This document shows positions 15,438 to 28,963 of a stretch of DNA of 64,000 bases, in pieces (position 1 is the first letter of the stretch; the number at the start of each line of letters is the position of its first letter). The DNA lies in NCBI RefSeq assembly GCF_009914755.1, contig NC_060938.1; one strand, given 5' to 3'. The notes beneath the pieces are model-generated. The model saw only the letters and a program-made list of their open reading frames with translations. It had not been told where the DNA came from and did not search any database. The stretch comes from the human T2T-CHM13v2.0 reference genome, Homo sapiens. Position numbers and translations under genes: made by a program.

Positions 15438-16016
15438 TTATGAGACCAGTTGAGATGCTATAACACACAGGCCAATATAAAACCAAGAAGGGATTCAAGT
15501 GAAAGGCGATAAGAAAGTTCACATGTTTTGCTTGCTCATCCATGTCCCCTCTCCATGTGGCTTAGCACAATGCAACCAGGAGGAAACCCCTCAAACTCAA
15601 GCTACTCCTTCTGGAGTGAATCATGCATCCAGTGTTCTAAGTTGCATGGGAGCCACCAGAGGGACTAGTTTTGGTCTTGCTTGATGGATCAAAGGCATAA
15701 TTTGGAGGCCAATCAAAACAGAGATAAGCACTGCCATACATTAGAGCTGCAGTTTTGCAGGCAGATGCCAAGGGAAGCAAGAAATCAGAGAAGGTTTGAG
15801 AGGCTCTAGAATCTCTAGCTAGGCTGATTGAAGTTCATCTGCACAAAGACTGGGAGTGGTGTTTGCTTTTACAAATACCCAAATCTCAACAAAAGATTAT
15901 AAGGCATACAAAGAAACAAGAATCATGGCCCAATAGAAAGAAAAATAAAATAAAATTCAGAAACTGATCTTAAAGAAATGCAGAACTATGAGCTGCCTGA
16001 CAAAGAATTTTAAATA

Positions 16017-16241
16017 GACCAGGTGCAGTACTTTGCGAGGCCAAGGTGGGTGTGTCATTTGAGCCCAAGAGTTCAAGACTAGCTTGGGCAACATGATGAA
16101 AACTCATCTCTGTAAAAAGTACAAAAGTTAGCTTGGTGTGGTGGTGTGCCCCTGTGGCCCCAGCTATTCGGGAGGCAGAGGTGGGAGGATCACCAAAGCC
16201 CAGGGAGACTGAGGCTGCAGTGAGCCATGATCTTGCAACTG
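16017..16241 (+). mobile_element. AluJ, internally deleted and lacking its 3' end
   Basis: TTGAGCCCAAGAGTTCAAG J-type diagnostics; TSD-like AAAGAATTTTAAATA / AAAAATTTTTAAATA. Confidence 0.85.
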
Positions 16242-16583
16242 AAAAATTTTTAAATAACCATCATAAAGATTCTCAATGAGATAAAAGAAAACACATGTCA
16301 ACAATTAAATGAAATAAAGAAAATAACACATGAACAAAATGAGAATATAAAAAAAGAGATAGAAACTATTTTTTAAAAGAAACAAACAAATTCTGGCACT
16401 GAAAAATACAACTGAACTTAAAAAAATTACTACAGAGGTTCAACAGCAGACTTGATCAGGCAAAAAAAAAAAAAAAAGAATCAGCAAACTGGAAGACAGG
16501 TCATCTGAAATCATCAAGTCAGAGGAGCAAAAAGAAAAAAAGAATGAAGATGAGTGAAGAGTGCCTGGGGGACTTATGGGACA

Positions 16584-19390
16584 TGATATCATTTGGATCT
16601 ATGTCCCCACCCAAATTTCATGTTGAATTATAATCCTTAGTGTTGGAGGTGGGGCCTGGTGGGAGGTGATTGGATCATGGGGGTGGAGTTCTCATGAATG
16701 GTTTAGCACCATACCCTCTGTGCTGTTCTCATGATAGGAGTGAGTGAGTTATCATGAGATATGGTTGTTTAAAAGTATGTAGCACCTCCTCATTCTCTCT
16801 GAGTCTTGCTCCTGCCATGTAAGGTGTCTGCTTCTGCTTTGCCTTCCACCATGATTGTAAGTTTCTTGAGGCCTCCCCAGAAGCACATGCTGCCATGCTT
16901 CCTGTACAGCCTGCAGAACTGTGAGTCAATTAAACCTCTTTTCTTTATAAATTACCAAGTCTCAGGTATTTCTTTATAGCAGTGCGAGAACAGACTAATA
17001 CAGAAAACTGGTACCAAGAGTCGGGCATTGCTATAAAGATACTTAAAAATGTGGAAGTGGCTTTGGAACTGGGTAATAAGCAGAGGCTGGAAGAGTGTAG
17101 AGTGCTCAGAAGAAGACAGAAAGATGAGGGAAAATTTGAAACTTCTCAGAGACTTTTTAAATTGTTGTTATCAAAATTCTGATAGCGAGGTGGACAATGA
17201 AGTCCAGGTTGAGAAAGTCTCAGATGGAAATGAGCAACTTATTGGGAACTAGAGCAAAGGTCACTTTTACTATGCTTTAGCAAAGAGACTGGCTAAATTG
17301 TGCCCCTGCTCTAGGAATCTGTGGAACTTTGAACTTGAGAGAGATGATTTAAGGTATTTGGCCAGAGAAAACTTCTAAGCAGCAAAGCATTCAAAATGTG
17401 GCCTGGCTGCTTCCAACAACCTATGCTTATATCTATGAGCAAAGAAATGACCTGCATTAGTCCATTTTCAGGCTGCTGGTAAAGACATATCCGAGACTGA
17501 GCAATTTACAAAATAAAGAGGTTTAACTGGACTCACAGTTCCATGTGGCTAGGAGGCCTCACAATCATGGTGGAAGGCAAGGTGAAACAAATCACATCTT
17601 ATGTGAATGGTGGCAGGCCGAGAGGGCTTGTGCAGGGAAACTCCTGGTTTTAAAACCATCAGATCTCGAGACCCACTCACCACCAGAAGAACAGCATGGG
17701 AAAGAACTGTTCCCACAATCCAACCACCTCCCACCAGGTCCCTCCCACAACATGTGGGAATTATGTGAGTTACCATTCAAGATGAGATTTGGGTGAAGAG
17801 ACAGCCAAACCACATCATGACCTGAAACTGGAATTTATATTTAAGAGAGAAGTAGGGCATAAGTTTGGAAAATTTGCAGCCTGGCCATATGGTAGAAAAG
17901 AAAAGCCTATTTTCAGGGGTGGAAATCAAGTGGGCTGGAGAAATTTACAAAGAAGGCCTCAGAGGCATTTCAGAGACCTTCTCAGCAGCTGTTCTCATCA
18001 CAGGCCCAGAGACCAAGGAGGACTGAATGGTTTCATGGACAAGGTCCAGGGCCCACTTCCCTGTGCAGCCTCAGGACATTGCTCCCTGTTTTCCAGCTGC
18101 TCCAGCTCCAGTTGTGGCTCAAAGGGGCCCAGGTACAGCTCAGGCTGCTGCTTCAGAGAATGCAATCCATAAGCCTTGGTGGCTTCCACCAGGTGTTAAG
18201 CCTGTGGGTGCACAGAATGCAAGAATTGAGGCTTGGGAGCCTCCACCAAGACTTCAAAAAATGTATTGAAAATGTATCCAAAAATGTATTGAAAAGCCAG
18301 GCAGAATCCTGCTGCAGAGTTGGAGCCCTCATGGAGAACCTCTATTGGGTCAGTACAGAGAGGAAACATGGGGTTGGAGCCCCAACACAGACTCTCCACT
18401 GAGGCACTGCCTAGTGAAGCAGTGAGAAGAGGGCCACCATCCTCAAGACCCTAGAATGGTAGACCCACAGAGAGATTGCACCTTCAGTCTGGAGGAGTGC
18501 AGGCCCACAATCCCAGCCCATGAGAGCAGCCGTGGGGGCTGAACCTTGCAAAGCCACAGGGGCAGAGCTGCCCAAGTCTTTGGGAGCCCAACCCATGCAG
18601 CAATGTGCCCTGTATGTGAGACAGAGAGTCAAAGGAGATTATTTTGGAGCATTAAGATTTAATGACTGCTTGTTGGGTTTCAGACTTGCATGGGGCCTGT
18701 AACCCCTTTCTTTTGGTCTATTTCTCCCTTTTGGAATGGAAATATTTATGCAACACCTAAACCCCCATTGTATCTTGGGTGTAACTAACTTGTTTTTGAT
18801 TTTACAGGCTCATAGGTGGAAGGGACTAGCCTTGTCTCAGATGAGACTTTGGACTTCGGACATTTTAGTTAATGCTTGAATGAGTTAAGACTTTGGGGGA
18901 ACTGTTGGGAAGGCATAATTGAATTTTGCAATGTGAGAAGAATATGAAATTTGGGAGAGTCCAGGGGTGGTATGATATGGCTTGGATCTGTGTCCTCACC
19001 CAAATCTCATGTTGAACTGTGATCCCCAATGTTGAAGGTGGGGCCTGGTGGGAGGTGACTGGATCTTGGGGACAGAGTTCTAATGAATGGTTTATCACCA
19101 TCCTCTCGGTACTTTTCTCATGATAGTGAGTGAGTGAATTATCATGAGATCTTGTTGTTTAAAAGTGTGTAGCACCTCCTCATTCTCTCTCGGTCCCATT
19201 CCTTTCATGTAAGATGTCTGTTCCTGCGTTGTCTTCTGCCATAATTATAAGTTTTCTGAGGCTTCCCCAGAAGCAGATGCCACCATGCTTTCTGTATAGC
19301 CTGCCAAACCATGAGCTGATTAAACCTTTTTTCTTTATAAATTACCTAGTCTCAGATATTTTTATAGAAATGTGAGAATGGCCTAATGTA
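16584..19390 (+). mobile_element. Complete MST (MSTA-like) MaLR provirus: LTR 16584-17002, internal region, LTR 18973-19390
   Basis: Two related ~420-bp LTRs flank MaLR internal sequence; TSD GGACA at 16579-16583 and 19391-19395. Confidence 0.9.
17453..17817 (-). mobile_element. THE1 (THE1A-like) solo LTR nested in the MST internal region
   Basis: TGCATTAGTCCATTTTC...CAGCCAAACCACATCA; TSD TGACC at 17448-17452 and 17818-17822. Confidence 0.9.
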
Positions 19391-20133
19391 GGACACTATC
19401 AAGTGACCAATATTCACATTATAGAATTTAAGAAGGAGAAAAGAGCAGGGATATAATGGCTGAAAACTTTCTAAATCTAAAGAAATAAATGGATATACAA
19501 ATTTGACAAGCTCAAAAGACTCCAACTAGGATAAAACCAAAAAAGAACCCCACCAACATTCATTATAATCAAACTGTTTAAAGTCAAAGAGAGAATCTTG
19601 AAAGCAGCAAGAGAGAAGCAATTCATCATATACAAGGGAACTGTCATAAAATTATCAGTGGATTTCTCAGAAGAAACCTTTCATATCAGAGGGGAGTAGC
19701 ATAATATATTAAAAGTAATAAAAGAAAAAAAAACCTGTTAACTAAGAATACCAGGTCTAGCAAAACTGTCCCTCAAAAATGAAAGATAAATTAAGACTTT
19801 CTCAGGTGAACAAAAGTTGAAAGAGTTCATTACCACTAGACCTGCTCTATAAGAAATGCTGAAGAGGGCCCTTCAAGTTGAAAAGAAAGGAAAGTAGAAA
19901 GAAACAGAAAGCCATTGAAAAATATAAGGTTCCCTAGTAAAGGTAAATGCAGACAATTAACATAACTTGTGTTCTTGTAATTTTGGTGCATATAATTTGA
20001 ATGACAAAAACATATTTAAAAACTATAAATTTAACTATATATTTTATTAATGGTATACAATATATAAAGATATAACTTTTGGCATCAATAACATGAAGTT
20101 GGAGAGGTGCAGCTGTAAATAAGTATGTGATTG

Positions 20134-20292
20134 AAGTTTCTATCAGTTTAAAGTTTCTGTCAGTTTAAAATAGAATGCTATAACTTTAAGATGTTTTATC
20201 AGTTTAAAATAGAATGCTATAACTTTAAGTTTCTATCAGTTTACAGTTTCTATCAGTTTAAAATAGAATGCTATAACTTTAAAATGTTTTAT
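20134..20292. repeat. Complex local tandem repeat
   Basis: Three exact copies of TCAGTTTAAAATAGAATGCTATAACTTTAA (20160, 20199, 20253) mixed with AGTTTCTATCAGTTT units. Confidence 0.9.
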
Positions 20293-20790
20293 GTAATTGC
20301 AATGGCAACCACACACAAAAAATCTTTAGAATATACACAAAAAGATATGAGAAGGAAGTAAAAGCATGCCACTACAAAATATCAGTGAAACACAAAGGAA
20401 GTTAAAGAGGAAATCGGGGACGAAAAAGCAATATAACATACAAAAAACAATTAACAAATGGCAATAGCAAGTCCTTTCCTATGAGCAAATAAGTGTAAAT
20501 GGATTTAACTCCCCAGTCAAAACACATAGATTGGCTAAGCAGATAAAAAACAGGATCAAACTATATATTCTCTATAAGATACTCATTTTAGATCTATGGG
20601 CACACATAGGCTAAAAGTTGACAAGATGGAAAAGGATATTCCATGCAAATGGTTACGAAAACAGAGCATGGTAACTACACTAATATCAGGTGGAATATAC
20701 TTTAAGTCAACAACTGTTATAAGAGACAAAGGAGTACATTGTATAATGATAAAAGTTTAATTCACCAAAAAGATATAACAATGATAAATA

Positions 20791-23471
20791 CAGGCATAGC
20801 TCATTTTGCTGCACTTCACAAATACTGAGTTTTCTTTACAAATTGAAGGTTTGTAGCAACCCTGCATCTAGCAATTCTTTTTTTAAAATTTTATTATTAT
20901 TACATTTTAAGTTTTAGGGTACATGTGCACAATGTGCAGGTTTGTTACATATGTATACATGTGCCATGTTGGTGTGCTGCACCCATTAACTCGTCATTTA
21001 ACATTAGGTATATCTCCTAATGTTATCCCTCCCTCCTCTCCCCACCCCACAACAGTCCCCAGAGTGTGATGTTCCCCTTTCTGTGTCCATGTGTTCTCAT
21101 TGGTCAATTCCCACCTATGAGTGAGAACGTGCTGTGTTTATTGGTACCATTTATCCAACAGCATGTGCTCACTTCATGTCTCTGTGTCACATTTTGGTAA
21201 TTCTCTATTTCAACCTTTTTCATTATTATTATATTTTTTATAGTGATCCATGATCAGTGGTCTTTAATGTTACTATTGTAATTGTTTTGGGGCACCATGA
21301 ACCATGCCCATATAAGACAGTGAACTTATTGATAAATATGTGCGTTCTGACTGCTCCACTGACGAGTCAGTCCTCCATCTCTCTCCCTCTCCTTGGGCCT
21401 CTCTATAACCTGAGAAACAACAATATTGAAATGAGGCCAATTAATAACCCTAAAATGGCCTCTAAGTGGTTCAAATGAAAGAAAGAGTTGCACATCTCTC
21501 ACTTTAAATCAAAAGCTAGAGAGGCATGTCAAAAGCTGAGACAGGCTGAAAGCTAGGCAACTTGTGCCAAAAAGTTAGCCAAGTTGTGAATGCAAAGAAA
21601 AAGTTCTTGAATAACATTAAAAGTGCTACTCCAGTGAGCACATGAATGATAAGAAAGTGAAATAGGCTTTTATTACTGATATGGAGAAAGTTTCAACGAT
21701 CCGGATAGGATATCAAAGCAGCCACCACATTCCCTTAAAAACTCCAGGGCAAGGCCCTAACTCTCTTCAATCCTATGAAGGCTGAGAGAGATGAGGAAGC
21801 TGCAGAGGAAAAGTTTCAAGCTAGCAGAGGTCTGTTTATGAGGATTAAGGGAAGAAGTCATCTCTATAACAAAACATCTCCATAACAAAAAATTGCAGGA
21901 TATAGTAGCAAGTGCTGATGTAGAAGCTGCAGCAAGTTATTCAGAAGACCTACCTAAGATAATTGATGAAGGTGACTACACTAAAAAACAGATTTTCAAT
22001 GTAGATAAAATAGCCTTTTATTGGAAGATGATGCCATCTAGGACTATCATAGCTAGAGAGGAGAAGCCAATATCTGGCTTCACAGGCTAACATCCTAACC
22101 TTTGAAGGACAGGCTAACAGATAATGTAGCAGCTAATGTAGCTGGTGATTTGAAGTTGAAGCCAATGTTCATTTACCATTCCAAAACTCCTAGGGCCCTT
22201 AAGAATTATGCTAAATTGACCCTGTCTGTGCTCTATCAATGGAACAACAAAGCCTGGATGACAGCACATTTGTTTATAGCATGTTTTACTGAATATTTTA
22301 AGCTCATAAAAAAGATTTTTTTTACTGCTCATAAAAAAGATTTCTTTCAAAATATTACTGCTCACTGACAATGCATCCAATCATGCAACAGCTATGAAGG
22401 AGATGTACAAGGAGATCAATGTTGTTTTCAAGCCTGTTAACACAACATCCGTTTTGTATCCCATAAGTCCAGGAGTAATTGCAACTTCCAAGTCTTATGA
22501 TTTAAGAAATGCATTGTATAAGGATACAGCTGCCATAGATAGTGATTCCACTCATTAATATGACCAAGCAAATTGAAAAATTCTGAATAGAATTCATCAT
22601 CCTGGATGCCATGAAGAACACTTGTGATTCACGAAAGGTCAAAATAGCAACGTTAACAGGAGTTTAGAAGAAGTTGTCTCTAACCCTCATGGATGACTTT
22701 GAGGGGTTTAAGACTTCAGTGGAGGAAGTAATCCCATCAGCAAAGTTACTTCCTCCACTGAGGTCTTTGAACCCCTCAAAGTGAGGTTGGAGAATCTCAA
22801 GAGAAATAGAATTAGAAGTGGAGCCTGAAGATATGGTGAATTGCTGCAATCTCATGATACAGTTTGAACAGAGGAGGAGGTGCTTTTTCTGGATGAGCAA
22901 AGAAAGTGGTTTCTTGAGATGAAATCTACTCCGAGTGAAGGTGCTGTGAACATTTTTGAAATGACAACAAAGATTTAGAATATTACACAAATTTGGTTGA
23001 TTAAGCAGCAGCAGGGTTTGAGATGACTGACTACAATTTTGAAAAAAGTTTTAGTATGGGTAAAATGCTATCAAACAGCGTTACCAGAAAAATCCTTTGT
23101 GAAAGGAAGAGTAAACCAATGTGGAAAACTTCATCGTCTTATTTTAAGAAATTGGCACAGCCACCCCCCAAATTGAGTAACAACCACCCTGATTAGTCAG
23201 CAGCCAAGAACAAAGAGGTAAAACCGTCTAACAGCAAAAAGATTTCAACTCACTAAAGGTTCAGATGATCACTATCATTATTTAGCAATAAAGTATTTAA
23301 AAAATTAAGGTATGTATATTTTTAAAGACACTTAATAGACTATAGTATAGTGTAAACATAACTTTTAAATGTACTAGGAAATCAAACAATGTGTATGGCT
23401 CACTTTATTATGATATTCACATTATTGTGGTTGTCTGGAACTGAACACACAATATCTCTGAGGTATGCCTA
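20791..23471 (+). mobile_element. Tigger1 DNA transposon, full length, decayed pogo-type transposase
   Basis: TIRs CAGGCATAGCTC / GAGGTATGCCT(A) with TA on both sides; ORF pieces [19 protein letters not shown] and [17 protein letters not shown]...WNNKAWMT are pogo/Tigger DDE domain. Confidence 0.93.
20879..21138 (-). mobile_element. L1PA 3'UTR fragment nested in Tigger1
   Basis: AAGTTTTAGGGTACATGTGCACAATGTGCAGG, the young primate L1 3' end, with a T-rich tail. Confidence 0.92.
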
Positions 23472-23670
23472 TAGTTAAATTCATTGAAACAGAAAGTACA
23501 ATTATGATGACTGGGTGGGGGAAGAAAGGGAAGTTGCTTAATGGATATAGATTTTCAGATTTATGGGATCAAAAAGTTCTGGAGATCTGTTTTCACAACA
23601 ATGTGAATATACTACTGACTACATTACTGAATTAAACACTTAAAAATGGTTAAAATGGTAAGTTTTATAG

Positions 23671-24101
<431 letters not shown>

Positions 24102-24971
24102 TAAAACAGTGCTTTTAGGAAACAAGGATTGGAATGAGAGAAAACGTCTGGAAACAACATGACTAACTGAACAACCTAGAATAACATTTTTGAAAGCTGT
24201 TTTATAGAACACTAATTCTTTGAGATGTTAATATAAGTTAAAATTATGTAGTCTAGATTGATAAATGGAAGATTCAGCACATATAAAAACAAAATTTCCT
24301 AACTGTGGAACATCTTAGAACTTTGTATTTTCTAATAGGCATTTTTAATTTGTTGAGAGAAGACATGTGTTCTCAAAGCTTATTTAACTACAGAAGCAGT
24401 TTTTATTTTCATAGAGCATCTGTTAGCAGTAATGTCATGAAGAACACATTTTGGGCGACAATGATAGAGCATACAGAAACAAAAACCTATTTGACTTAGT
24501 TTAAGCACAATCTTAATTAGACTGCAGAATAAAACATTTTCAAATAAGTACTGGAAATAAGAGGCATCATCGCTTTTCAACAAATAAACACAACACATAC
24601 TTTTTAAAAATAAATACCATGGGAACAATCGCTGACTGATGTCCTTTACCGTATATGCAAATTCTAAGATATCCTCTTCGAACACAAAGGGTTCAGTGCT
24701 TAGCATATGGCCCCCCTTGCATACAGTTGGCATAAATATTTTTTAGTCCTGAGTGAACTACATGAGTTAATAAGAAACAAATTTTAACCTTCAAATATTC
24801 CACCAAGTCAGTCTTTCATAACTTGGAAGCCTAAAGCTTTCTTTAGGTGTCCCTCAAAGGAGCTATAACATGCCTTCTAAATTCCAAAATTCTCATATCC
24901 AGTTTAAATGTGAGACTTGAAAATTATGTAAGGGTCTTTGGTAGTCATCAAAACTATGATTCCACTATTGA

Positions 24972-25295
<324 letters not shown>

Positions 25296-25329
25296 CCACT
25301 ATTGAATCCTTATAGTCATTTTACCTTAC

Positions 25330-25950
25330 AGCAGGCAGACTAACATTTTCAAGACAAATCAGGTTATATCTTCATTCCAACGCCTGAATTCAAAACTCTA
25401 ATGACATGCTGTTACACCCTCAATAAAATCTGCACTCCTTACCATGGCCTGTGAGAGTCTACATAATATGGTCCTTGCTAACTTTCTGATTTCAACATTT
25501 ACCTCTCCTTCCTCATTTAGTCCTGATATACCCGTAACTTCTTTCTGACTCCAGACCTTTGTCTTCTACATAAAATAGTCTTCTTTCATATCACCCTTTA
25601 CATTACAAACATCTTCCCACTTTTTCCTTTCATACTGGTGAGTCCCTCACTTTATCTTGGTTATTATCCAAGTGCTATCTCCTCAGAGAAAGGCCTTCCT
25701 TGACCACTTTATTTAACATAGTACTTCTGTCATGCTCCAGCTTCTCACCCTCCATTTCCAGTTAATTTTCTTCATACCACTTGTTACTTTCTGACACCTA
25801 TTTTTGGCTGACTTTCTCTTACCCACTGATATAAGCTCCCTAAGGCATGGGCACTCTCTGCTGTCTTATCTATCATATCCCATGCCTGGAACAACTCAAA
25901 ATTTATTGAGACTTCAGGCACAAAAGAAGTCTCAATAAATTTTTTGTTGA
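25330..25950 (+). mobile_element. L2 3' region
   Basis: ACTCCTTACCATGGCC, AGGCCTTCCTTGACCAC and CTCAATAAATTTTTTGTTGA motifs. Confidence 0.65.
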
Positions 25951-26174
25951 CATGATAAAATGTATTAAACCCCTTTCTTATGTCAATACCAAATGAGTAA
26001 AATATAAGTATCATGTACCTCTCTTAATGGTAATAGACAATTATTTATTTGTTGATTTTGTCTAGAGGGGGTACTTATTTTTGTCACCAGTCAAAAGTCA
26101 GGTAACAAATATATACTGAAAGCTTACTGCAAGCCAGTGACTATTCTGGTAATCACACTTAAGAAAGAATCATG

Positions 26175-26953
<779 letters not shown>

Positions 26954-26960
<7 letters not shown>

Positions 26961-27023
26961 AGAAAGACAGAAAGAGAGAAAAAGGAAAGAAAGAAAGAAA
27001 GAAAGAAAGATGAAAGAAAGAAA

Positions 27024-27081
<58 letters not shown>

Positions 27082-27095
27082 AAAGGAAAGAAAAT
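26954..27095. repeat. (GAAA)n microsatellite derived from the Alu tail
   Basis: Long AAAG tetranucleotide run. Confidence 0.95.
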
Positions 27096-27111
27096 AAATA
27101 AGGAATACTAC

Positions 27112-27660
27112 TGCATTAGTCAGGGTTCTCCAGAGAAACAAAGCCAAGAGGATGTGTGTGTGTGTATATATATATATATATTTGTGTGTGTGTATATATA
27201 TATTTGTGTGTATATATATATGTGTATATATTTATATATGTGTATATATTATATATATACACACACATATATATATTTTTTTAAGAAAATATGTGTTTAT
27301 GGAGGCTGGTAAGTCTAAAATTTGCAAACTGGGCTGTCAGGCTAGAAACCCAGAGGAGACCTGATGCTATAGTTAGGGTTCAAAAGCCATCACACTGAAG
27401 ACCCAGGAAAGAGTCAATGTTGCAGGTCAAGGCTGAAGGCTGTCTCCTGCAGTATTCTTCCTTGATCAGGGCAGGTCAATCATTTTGTTCCATTCAGTCC
27501 TTTAACTGATTAGATGAGGTTAATCCCCATTATTGCAGTCCACCAAGTTCAATGTTAATCTCATCCACAAACATCATTACAGAAACATCCAGAATAATGT
27601 TTGACCAAATATCTTGAAATTGTCATCCAGCCCAGTTGACACATAATATTAACTATCAAC
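27112..27660 (-). mobile_element. MLT2 (ERVL) LTR
   Basis: TGCATTAGTCAGGGTTCTCCAGAGAAACA...GTTGACACATAATATTAACTATCA termini. Confidence 0.85.
27153..27277. repeat. (TG)n/(TA)n compound microsatellite inside MLT2
   Basis: Alternating purine-pyrimidine tract. Confidence 0.95.
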
Positions 27661-27940
27661 CAAACATTTAAAGAATGAACACCAATTTTACACAATTTCT
27701 TTCAGAAAATAGAAGAGAAGGGGATACTCTCCAATTAATTTAAAAGGCTAAAATTACCCTAATACCAAAATCAAAATGACAGACAATATTAAAAAAAGTA
27801 AAACCAAAACAAAAAAAACCCCATGTAACTACAGACCAACATCTCTAACAAACTCAGACATAAAAATTCTCAACAAAATATTGGCAAGTTGAATCCATCC
27901 ATGTATAAAAAGACTATGTACCATGACCAGGGGGTGTTGC

Positions 27941-27949
27941 AAGATGGCC
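27941..27949 (+). promoter_or_regulatory. YY1 motif of the L1 internal promoter
   Basis: AAGATGGCC at the canonical position just inside the L1 5' end. Confidence 0.7.
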
Positions 27950-28963
27950 GAATAGGAACAGCTCAGGTCTGCAGCTCCCAGCGTGATTGATGTAGAAGAC
28001 AGGTGATTTCTGCATTTCCAACTGAGGTACCTGGTTCATCTCATGGGGACTGGTTGGACAACTGGTGCAGCCCACAGAGGGTGAGCTGAAGCAGGGTGGG
28101 AAGTCACCTCAGCTGGGAAGTGCAAGAGACCACGTGATTTCCCTTTCCCAGCCAAGGGAAGCTGTGACAGACTACCTGGAAAAACAGGACATTCCCACCC
28201 AAACACTGTGCTTTTCCCAAGGTCTTAACAACCAGAAGACAAGGTGATCCTCTCCCGTGCCTGGCTCAGTGGGTCCCATGCCCATGGAGCCTTGCTCACC
28301 GCTAGCGCACCAGTCTGAGATTGATCTGCCAGGCAGCAGCCTGGCTGGAGGAGGGGTATCCGCCATTGCTGAGGCTTGAGTAGGTAAAAAAAAAGTGCCG
28401 GGGAAGCTCGATCTGGGCGGAGCCCACTGCAGCGCAAACAAGGCCTACTGCCTCTAGACTCCACCTCTGTGGGCAGGGCATAACTGAACAAAAGGCAGCA
28501 GACAACTTCTGCGACATAAACATCCCTGTCTGACAGCTCTGAAGAGAGCAGTGGTTCTCCTAGCAGGGCGTTTGATCTCTGAAAACAGACAGACTGCCTC
28601 CTCAAGTGGGTCCCTGACCCCGTGTAGCCTAGCTGGGCGACACCTCCCAGTAGGGGCTGACAGACACCTCATATAGGCGGCTGCCCCTGTGGGATGAAGC
28701 TTCCAGAGGAAGGATCAGGCAGCAATATTTGCTGTTCTGCAATATTTGCTGTTCTGCAGCCTCTCTGGTGATACCCAGGCAGACAGGGTCTGGAGTGAAC
28801 TTCCAGCAACTCCAACAGACCTGCAGCTGAGGGGCCTGACTGTTAGAAGGAAAACTAACAAACAGAAAAGAATAGCATCAACATCAACAAAAAGGTCATC
28901 TACACAAAAACCCCATCTGTACGTCACCAACATCAAAGACCAAAGGTCGATAAAACGACAAAG

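Noticed and set aside
20134-20292. CRISPR-like appearance (30-bp repeats with spacers)
   Set aside because: Eukaryotic context, only three units, spacers unequal and derived from the repeat itself, no cas genes.
21893-22368. Possible domesticated TIGD-like transposase gene
   Set aside because: Fragmented by stops, frameshifts and local duplications; an ordinary decayed Tigger1.
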